64,000 bases of DNA from Vulcanimicrobiales bacterium (GTDB lineage: Bacteria; Vulcanimicrobiota; Vulcanimicrobiia; Vulcanimicrobiales; Vulcanimicrobiaceae), in the NCBI GenBank assembly GCA_038231455.1, contig JBBRLI010000010.1, positions 64,747 through 128,746 of the forward strand. The letters run 5' to 3'. Positions 58,068 to 64,000 of the stretch are shown here, piece by piece. The notes below the pieces were generated by a model. That model ran no database searches. It was not told where the DNA came from and saw nothing but the letters and a program-made list of their open reading frames with translations. The position numbers and the translations under genes were made by a program. Every line of letters begins with the position of its first letter. Within the stretch, counting starts at the first letter, position 1.

Positions 58068-60026
58068 CTAGCGGCGGCCGGTTGGAATGAGCTCGGGTTT
58101 CAGCGGTGCAGAATTCAGCGCGAAGGAGGTGCGCCGCTCGGCGAGCGTCACGTCGAGGACCGGCATACCGGGTTCGTCGCTGCCGACTTTGAAGCTGCGG
58201 ATCATCGCGGTGAGTCCGTCCGATTGCTCGTTCAAAGCGCGTGCGTTTGCGTCCATTTCTTGAACTTGTGTAGCCAGTTCTAAGATCGAATTCGAGACAC
58301 TCTCGGCTGTGAGCGCCTGCGAGCGTGAGGTTTCGGTAATCTTGCCGAGCGTTTGATTGACGTGATTCGTCGTCACGCCGACCTCGGCGCCGGCCGCGGC
58401 GTTCTCTTCGATCACGGCCGAAATCGCCGCAATGTTTTCATTTGCGCGACGGCTTGACGCGCGCATCGTGTCGGATCCGGCAACCATCGAATCGGCGATC
58501 TGACCGGTTTCCTCGATGCGTCCGCGCAGCGAGGTGAGGGCGTCTTTGGCGCTTGTCGCAAGAGCCAGTCCCTGTTCCATAGCGGTACCCGAGGTGCGCA
58601 TCGCGCCGGCAACCGTGACCGTCTCACGCCGGATCGCGGAGAGGATACTGCTGATCTCGCTCGTCGATTTTGCGGCGCGTTCGGCGAGCTTACGCACTTC
58701 ATCGGCCACTACGGCAAACCCGCGGCCATGGTCGCCCGCGCGCGCCGCTTCGATCGCCGCGTTGAGCGCGAGCAGGTTCGTTTGGTCGGCGATCTCGCCG
58801 ATTGTCGCGACGATCTCTTCAACGGCGCCCGAACGGTCTTCGAGCGATGTCATGGCGCGTTCGGTTTGGATGGAGAGTTCGCGCAGCTGCCCGACGGCCT
58901 CGGCACTGCGCACGACGGCATCCGTGCCGCTTACCGCTTCCGCGGTCGCCGCGCGAGCGGCGGTCGTGAGCGTTGCACCGAGCGTCGCGACTTGTGCGAT
59001 CTGGCGGTCGAGGTCGTTTACTTCTGAGACGACTGATTGGATCGCATTTGCTTGATCGAAGGCGCCGTCGGAAATTTGCGACGCGGCCCGCGCGAGTTGT
59101 TCGACTGCCGTGCTGGCCGCTGCAATCTCGACCGTTTGTTCTTGCGTACCGATCGCGGCATTTTCCGTTGCGGAGGAAATGTGCTCGACGGAGAGGCTGG
59201 CGTTGTTCGTCGCTACCGTGAACTCCGAGCTTGCCGTAGCGATGCTGCCTGAGGCAGACGAGATGCCGGTGACGAGGTCGCGTAACTGCAAACGCGTCGC
59301 ATCGAACGATGCAGCGCTCGATGCGATCTCGTCTTGCATGCGGTTGAACGACGCGGCCATCATGCCGATCTCATCGGATGCCGAGATATCGAGCGGTTCG
59401 GCCGTGAAGTGCGAAGAACGCGTGAGATCGCCGTGAGCGATCGCTTCGATTGCGTTCCGAAATGCGGGAAGCTGTTGGTCGGCCAAACGATCGGCGTTCT
59501 TTGCAATCGCAAGGGCGCTCGCTCGGATACGCAGCGCGACGTAACCGGCGGAGACGGCTTCGAGAATCACGTAGACGGCGTGCGTGATGACCATCGTCCA
59601 CGACGCGCCCATATCGAAGGTGTACGTCGGGAAGAAGATGTTTCCGATGAGATGGTGCAGCGCGATCGCGACGGTCGCGGTCGCGAGCGGCAACCAGTCA
59701 AAGTAGAGAATCAAAAACGTGAGCGTGATGAAGACGTGAAAGTGCATCGCCGTATCGCCATGGCTTGCGGCGATCAGCGCACCCGAATCCATCATCAAGA
59801 GAGCGCCGGCGACGCCGCGGAACGCGCGCTTTCCGGCCAGCGTGAAATAGGCAACCGTCGCCAGGAGCGCGATCGCGATGCCCGAGGCAAGTGCAATGAC
59901 CAGGGTGGAATTGAGAATTCCCACCAGTGCAATAACCGGCACATGGGCCAAGAGAACGCGAAAAACAAGAAGATCGCGTTTTGATAACGCGCTTGCAATG
60001 GACGACACGAAAAGGGGCTCCTTCAA
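58068..60026 (-). CDS. Methyl-accepting chemotaxis protein with multi-TM sensor
   Basis: [40 protein letters not shown]-like DEIG; N-terminal HFH...YFDW...HH membrane domain. Confidence 0.93.
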   Translation of the reverse strand: MKEPLFVSSIASALSKRDLLVFRVLLAHVPVIALVGILNSTLVIALASGIAIALLATVAYFTLAGKRAFRGVAGALLMMDSGALIAASHGDTAMHFHVFITLTFLILYFDWLPLATATVAIALHHLIGNIFFPTYTFDMGASWTMVITHAVYVILEAVSAGYVALRIRASALAIAKNADRLADQQLPAFRNAIEAIAHGDLTRSSHFTAEPLDISASDEIGMMAASFNRMQDEIASSAASFDATRLQLRDLVTGISSASGSIATASSEFTVATNNASLSVEHISSATENAAIGTQEQTVEIAAASTAVEQLARAASQISDGAFDQANAIQSVVSEVNDLDRQIAQVATLGATLTTAARAATAEAVSGTDAVVRSAEAVGQLRELSIQTERAMTSLEDRSGAVEEIVATIGEIADQTNLLALNAAIEAARAGDHGRGFAVVADEVRKLAERAAKSTSEISSILSAIRRETVTVAGAMRTSGTAMEQGLALATSAKDALTSLRGRIEETGQIADSMVAGSDTMRASSRRANENIAAISAVIEENAAAGAEVGVTTNHVNQTLGKITETSRSQALTAESVSNSILELATQVQEMDANARALNEQSDGLTAMIRSFKVGSDEPGMPVLDVTLAERRTSFALNSAPLKPELIPTGRR

Positions 60027-60153
60027 TGCGGTGCCATCTCAACCACGACAACCAAACGTGGGGACGACTAAATTACTATTCGGTTACATTGACGACCGGC
60101 GTTAACGAATTGGCTCATCAATGGAGCGCGAGATTGTCAAATATTGAAGTGGT

Positions 60154-60315
60154 TTACCGGAGAAAGCGTTCTCGAAGGTCCTCGGAGGCCAGCAACACCT
60201 CGAATTGCCATAGCTGCGTTCGCGGTGCGTCAAACGCATCGAGCAAAATGCGGTCGCACGCGATCTGATCGACGGCGACGAGGAGAGCGGAATGGGACGG
60301 CGTAGGCGCGTTCAT
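60154..60315 (-). CDS. Possible 53-aa small protein
   Basis: ORF MNAPTPSHSALLVAVDQIACD... downstream of the HxlR gene; no recognisable motif. Confidence 0.3.
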   Translation of the reverse strand: MNAPTPSHSALLVAVDQIACDRILLDAFDAPRTQLWQFEVLLASEDLRERFLR

Positions 60316-60351
60316 CTCTTTGAGAACGGACCGCTGCCTCGCTTGGATGCC

Positions 60352-60711
60352 CTACTTGACCCAGCGTTCGGCCCAATCGCTGACCGAGCGAATCACGTCT
60401 TCGAGGCTTCGACCGGCGTCGGTGAGCCCGTACTCGGAACGGATGGGCGGACCGGGATGGACGATCCGTTCGACCAGTCCCTCACGTTCGAGTTCGCGTA
60501 AGCGCTCCGTCAGGAGGCGGTCCGAGAGCCCAGGCACGGCCGCGAGGATCTCATTAAAGCGATGCGCGCCGCCAAAGAGGGTGCGCACGATCGGCCCCAT
60601 CCACCGGCGCCCGAGGAGTTCGATGGCGTAGTGGAAGCGCGGGCAAAAGGGGCTAATCGGTTCGCCCGGTGCGTGCGGTGCGACCGCCGCGGGCTCGTCT
60701 CGGAGATTCAT
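60352..60711 (-). CDS. HxlR/DUF24-family redox-sensing regulator
   Basis: FCP..AIELLGRRW, RFNEI, LSDRLLTERLRELE, EYGLT..G motifs. Confidence 0.92.
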   Translation of the reverse strand: MNLRDEPAAVAPHAPGEPISPFCPRFHYAIELLGRRWMGPIVRTLFGGAHRFNEILAAVPGLSDRLLTERLRELEREGLVERIVHPGPPIRSEYGLTDAGRSLEDVIRSVSDWAERWVK

Positions 60712-60733
60712 TGGACACGATCCATAAGTAAGC

Positions 60734-60748
60734 TACTTGACATAAGTA
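60734..60748. promoter_or_regulatory. Putative DUF24-family operator TACT-N7-AGTA overlapping a TTGACA -35
   Basis: TACTTGACATAAGTA palindrome between divergent hxlR-like and doxX genes. Confidence 0.6.
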
Positions 60749-60836
60749 TACCCTAGCGGTAACTATTGCCAAGCTACGAAAAGTAAGTCGTAGTTGGCTC
60801 GCGCTGCGCGAGTCGTGCCTTGAGAGGGTTGCTGCG

Positions 60837-61337
60837 GTGGATATCGCTCTGTTTATCGTTCGTTTGTTAATTGGTATTGGATTTTTTTCCCATGGAGCAC
60901 AAAAAGTGTTCGGAGCCTTCGGCGGATACGGTCTCGCTGCGACGGGCGGCTACTTTGAATCGATCGGGATTCGGCCTGGTAAACTCTTTGCCACGGCCGC
61001 CGGTTGGAGCGAAATCGTAGCCGGACTGCTGATCGCCTTCGGCCTTTTCGGGCCGGTGGGCCCCGCGCTCTTGATCTCGGTCATGGTCGTAGCATTTGCC
61101 GTGCACGCACCCAAGGGGTTCTTCGGTCAGAATGGCGGCTTTGAATTGCCGCTAACGTACATGGCGGTGGCGCTCGTGCTCGCGCTAACGGGTCCCGGGA
61201 TCTATGCGCTCGACACGTTTCTGCCATCGATCTGGACGCCGACCATCGCCTGGATCGTGGTCGGATTCGGCGTCCTCGGCGGTGTCGCGAATCTCGCACT
61301 CAGGAAGAAACCGGTTCCGGCGCAAAACCCGGGCTAG
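60837..61337 (+). CDS. DoxX family membrane protein
   Basis: RLLIG..F..HGAQK.FG.FGG, GFF...GGFE motifs. Confidence 0.9.
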   Translation: MDIALFIVRLLIGIGFFSHGAQKVFGAFGGYGLAATGGYFESIGIRPGKLFATAAGWSEIVAGLLIAFGLFGPVGPALLISVMVVAFAVHAPKGFFGQNGGFELPLTYMAVALVLALTGPGIYALDTFLPSIWTPTIAWIVVGFGVLGGVANLALRKKPVPAQNPG

Positions 61338-62099
61338 GTGATCGATCTTCCGCACATCCTCGTCGGGTTCGCCCTCGGCGCCCTCTTCGGCGCCGTGGGC
61401 GGACTCTTCGGCATCGGCGGAGGGCTCATCGCAATCCCCGTGCTCGGGGTCTTCTTTCATCTCGACGAACAGCACGCGCAAGGCACCGCGATGGTGATGG
61501 TCGCTCCTAATGTCATCTTGGGGCTGGTGAACTACGCGCGACGCGGCGGAATGGATCGTCGTATCGCCCTCGCGCTTGCAGTCAGCGCAATTCCGTTGAC
61601 ATTCGTCGGCGCGCAGATTGCAACGCACGTTCCGAGCGCACTGCTGCGACGCAGTTTTGCGGTTTTCTTAGCGACGATCGCGATCTATTTTTTCGTCCGA
61701 ATCGTGCAAACCAAACGGGGAGCGATTCCCGTTGCGACGGGTCGTTCGTGGCCCTGGTCGGCTCTCATCGGTGGAATCGGCGGCATGGTTTCGGGACTCT
61801 TCAGCATCGGTGGAGCGATCTTCGCGGTCCCCACGCTTGCCACTATCTACGGACTCTCGCAAGCAACGGCCCAGGGTCTTGGCCTGGCGATGGTCGCGCC
61901 GGGGACGCTCGTTGCGCTCGGCACCTACGCCTGGGCGCGCGACGTCGATTGGCCGCTTGCGATTCCGCTCGCCGTTGGCGGTACGATCTTCGTCTCGCGC
62001 GGCGTGGCGCTCGCGTATCGCTTACCCGAACGCGTCCTGCGCGGACTCTTCGTCGCGCTTTGTCTCTCCAGTTCGCTTGCGCTTTGGAGTCATGCCTAG
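61338..62099 (+). CDS. TauE/SafE family sulfite exporter
   Basis: Duplicated GLFGIGGG / GLFSIGG motifs; AQGT. Confidence 0.88.
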   Translation: MIDLPHILVGFALGALFGAVGGLFGIGGGLIAIPVLGVFFHLDEQHAQGTAMVMVAPNVILGLVNYARRGGMDRRIALALAVSAIPLTFVGAQIATHVPSALLRRSFAVFLATIAIYFFVRIVQTKRGAIPVATGRSWPWSALIGGIGGMVSGLFSIGGAIFAVPTLATIYGLSQATAQGLGLAMVAPGTLVALGTYAWARDVDWPLAIPLAVGGTIFVSRGVALAYRLPERVLRGLFVALCLSSSLALWSHA

Positions 62100-62141
62100 C
62101 GGCGCAAACGTTGCTTGACCGTAAGGTGTTCTTACCGTGGT

Positions 62142-62849
62142 ATGCAGGAACTGAGCGGCAAGAACGTCATCATCACCGGCGCGAATCGCGGGATCGGTCT
62201 CGCGCTTGCAAAGCGCTTCCTCTCGGAGGGCGCAACCTGCATCCTCGTGATTCGGAATGCCGTGAAACGCGACGAACTTGCACAAGCGGTCGGTCACGCC
62301 GACCGCGCGACGATCGAGATTGCCGATATCTCCGATGAGAACGCGGTACGTGCACTGTACGTTCGCGTGCGCGCGCGATTTCCGCGCATCGACGTGTTGA
62401 TCAACAATGCAGCGATCTTTCTGCCCGAAGATATGGACACGCACGCCGATACACTCGACCCCCGCATCATGCGCGAGACGCTCGAGGTGAATCTGTTCGG
62501 GACGATGGCGATGTGCGCGACATTTGCGCCACTCGTCCCCGCGGGTGGACGGATCATCAACGTCAGCTCGACGATGGGTCAACTCGACGACGGCATCACG
62601 CCGTACGCGACGGCGTATAGCGTGAGTAAAACGGCGCTCAATGCGTATTCCAGTTCGCTCGCTGCGGCGCTGAGCGACCGGAAAATCTTGGTCGATGCGT
62701 TCCATCCGGGCTGGGTGAAAACAGAGATGGGCGGACCCGGCGCGCAGATCGAACCGGAAGCGGCAACGCAAACCGCATACTTTCTTGCGACCCGCCCCCC
62801 GGGCGCGACCGGACGGTTTTGGTTCGAATCCAAGCCGATCGCGTGGTAG
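62142..62849 (+). CDS. SDR oxidoreductase (carbonyl reductase-like)
   Basis: TGANRGIG, INNA, NVSS, YSVSK, PGWVKTEMGG motifs. Confidence 0.92.
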   Translation: MQELSGKNVIITGANRGIGLALAKRFLSEGATCILVIRNAVKRDELAQAVGHADRATIEIADISDENAVRALYVRVRARFPRIDVLINNAAIFLPEDMDTHADTLDPRIMRETLEVNLFGTMAMCATFAPLVPAGGRIINVSSTMGQLDDGITPYATAYSVSKTALNAYSSSLAAALSDRKILVDAFHPGWVKTEMGGPGAQIEPEAATQTAYFLATRPPGATGRFWFESKPIAW

Positions 62850-62851
62850 CG

Positions 62852-63853
62852 ATGCGCGCCGTTGTTCTCACCGCTGCTGGCGGCACCGAGAATCTCGAGG
62901 CGGTCGAGTTACCGATCCCGCCACTTGCCTCCCCGACGTCCGTGCGCGTTCGTCTTCACGCCGCCGGTCTCAATCCCGTCGACTACAAGATGCGCAAGAG
63001 CGGCTCGTTTGCCGCCGCGGGCGCTCGCCCGATTCTCGGTTGTGACGGCGCCGGCGTCGTCGAGGCCGTGGGGTCGGCGGTGACGCGGTTTTCCGTCGGT
63101 GCCGACGTGTTTTTCTGCAATGGTGGCTACGGCTTATTGCCCGGCACGTACGCGCAATACGCGCTCGTTGAGGAAGCGCATCTCGCGCGCAAACCGCAGT
63201 CGCTCGATTTTGCCGATGCGGCGGCCGTGCCGCTCGCACTCATTACGGCGTGGGAAGCCTTGCGCATGCACGTTGCCCTGCTGCCGGACGCGCGCGTCCT
63301 CGTTCATGCGGGCGCAGGAGGCGTCGGACATATCGCCATTCAGCTCGCGCGACTGGCCGGCGCGCGTGTCATCGCGACCGTCAGTACGGATGAGAAGGAC
63401 CGATTCGCGCGGAGTCTCGGCGCGGTCGAAACGATTCGCTATCGCGACGTCGATTTCGTCGAAGCGGCGCGCGCGTGGTCGGGTGCTGAGGGCGTCGATG
63501 TCGTCTTCGATACGGTTGGCGGCGAGACGTTCGAGCGGAGCGTGGATGCGGTTCGACCGTATGGCGACCTCGTCACCTGCGTTGCAAGCGAGATGTCGTC
63601 CGATGCAGTGAAGAAGGCGCGTGATCGCAACGAGCGGATCGCGTACGTGTGGATGCCCGCACCGCAAGTCTTCGATTGGCCGGCAGCGCGCCGGCACCAG
63701 ACCGAGATCCTCGCACAGGGCGCGCGCCTCATCGACGAGCGGAGTTTGCGCGTCGTCGTCGGAGCAACGTTTCCGCTCGAGCGAATCGCGGAGGCGCATG
63801 CGCTTTTGGAAAGCGGCACCGTCTCCGGAAAAATCGTCGTAACGATCCCTTAG
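62852..63853 (+). CDS. MDR-family NADPH:quinone oxidoreductase-like protein
   Basis: AGLNPVDYK, LGCDGAG, HAGAGGVG, DTVGG, GKIV motifs. Confidence 0.9.
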   Translation: MRAVVLTAAGGTENLEAVELPIPPLASPTSVRVRLHAAGLNPVDYKMRKSGSFAAAGARPILGCDGAGVVEAVGSAVTRFSVGADVFFCNGGYGLLPGTYAQYALVEEAHLARKPQSLDFADAAAVPLALITAWEALRMHVALLPDARVLVHAGAGGVGHIAIQLARLAGARVIATVSTDEKDRFARSLGAVETIRYRDVDFVEAARAWSGAEGVDVVFDTVGGETFERSVDAVRPYGDLVTCVASEMSSDAVKKARDRNERIAYVWMPAPQVFDWPAARRHQTEILAQGARLIDERSLRVVVGATFPLERIAEAHALLESGTVSGKIVVTIP

Positions 63854-63999
63854 CGCGTCACGACGACGAACGTTTCGGCTTGCGTACGCGCAGCGTAGCG
63901 TTCTTCGTATTCCACGCGGTTCGGTGAAAAGACGTCGACGATGACGCAGCGTTCGGTGAAGACGGCGCCATGCGGCGCGTTGCTCTTGAGCGTATACAT
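63850..63999 (-). CDS. Cupin domain protein, C-terminal part (runs off window)
   Basis: SNAPHGA...IVDVFSPNR cupin C-terminal pattern. Confidence 0.7.
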   Translation of the reverse strand: MYTLKSNAPHGAVFTERCVIVDVFSPNRVEYEERYAARTQAETFVVVTR

Positions 64000-64000
64000 A

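Noticed and set aside
1-64000. CRISPR array, tRNA, rRNA, integrase or transposase
   Set aside because: None recognised by eye; a tRNAscan, cmscan or CRISPR search would be needed to exclude them formally.

Overview
GC-rich bacterial chromosomal segment made up mostly of housekeeping genes. The gene content tentatively suggests a Terrabacteria-type soil organism such as Vulcanimicrobiota/Eremiobacterota, but this is an unverified impression. Recognisable genes include cydAB, sufB, speD/speE, the glycine cleavage system (gcvT, gcvH, gcvPA, gcvPB), scpA/scpB, nfo, dinB, ggt, ispE, pdxS/pdxT, bioY, an Arg/Lys/Orn decarboxylase, tmk, holB, an MTA phosphorylase, ychF and a Glu/Leu/Phe/Val dehydrogenase. 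No rRNA, tRNA, CRISPR array, integrase or transposase was seen. The most unusual signal is non-coding: two diverged copies of a ~145-170 bp structured element (12408-12576 and 37216-37359). They have long covarying terminal stems and AGGA-containing hairpins, and each has an A/C-skewed upstream flank. At copy 1 this skew extends into the synonymous codon positions of the gcvPB 3' end. Other candidates are a structured leader upstream of speD, a wHTH plus nucleotidyltransferase TA-like pair, a nucleotidyltransferase/RecB-like nuclease fusion beside a degenerate UvrD-like helicase, a wedge-less RecG-like helicase, a frameshifted KaiC-like ATPase and a probable catalase remnant.
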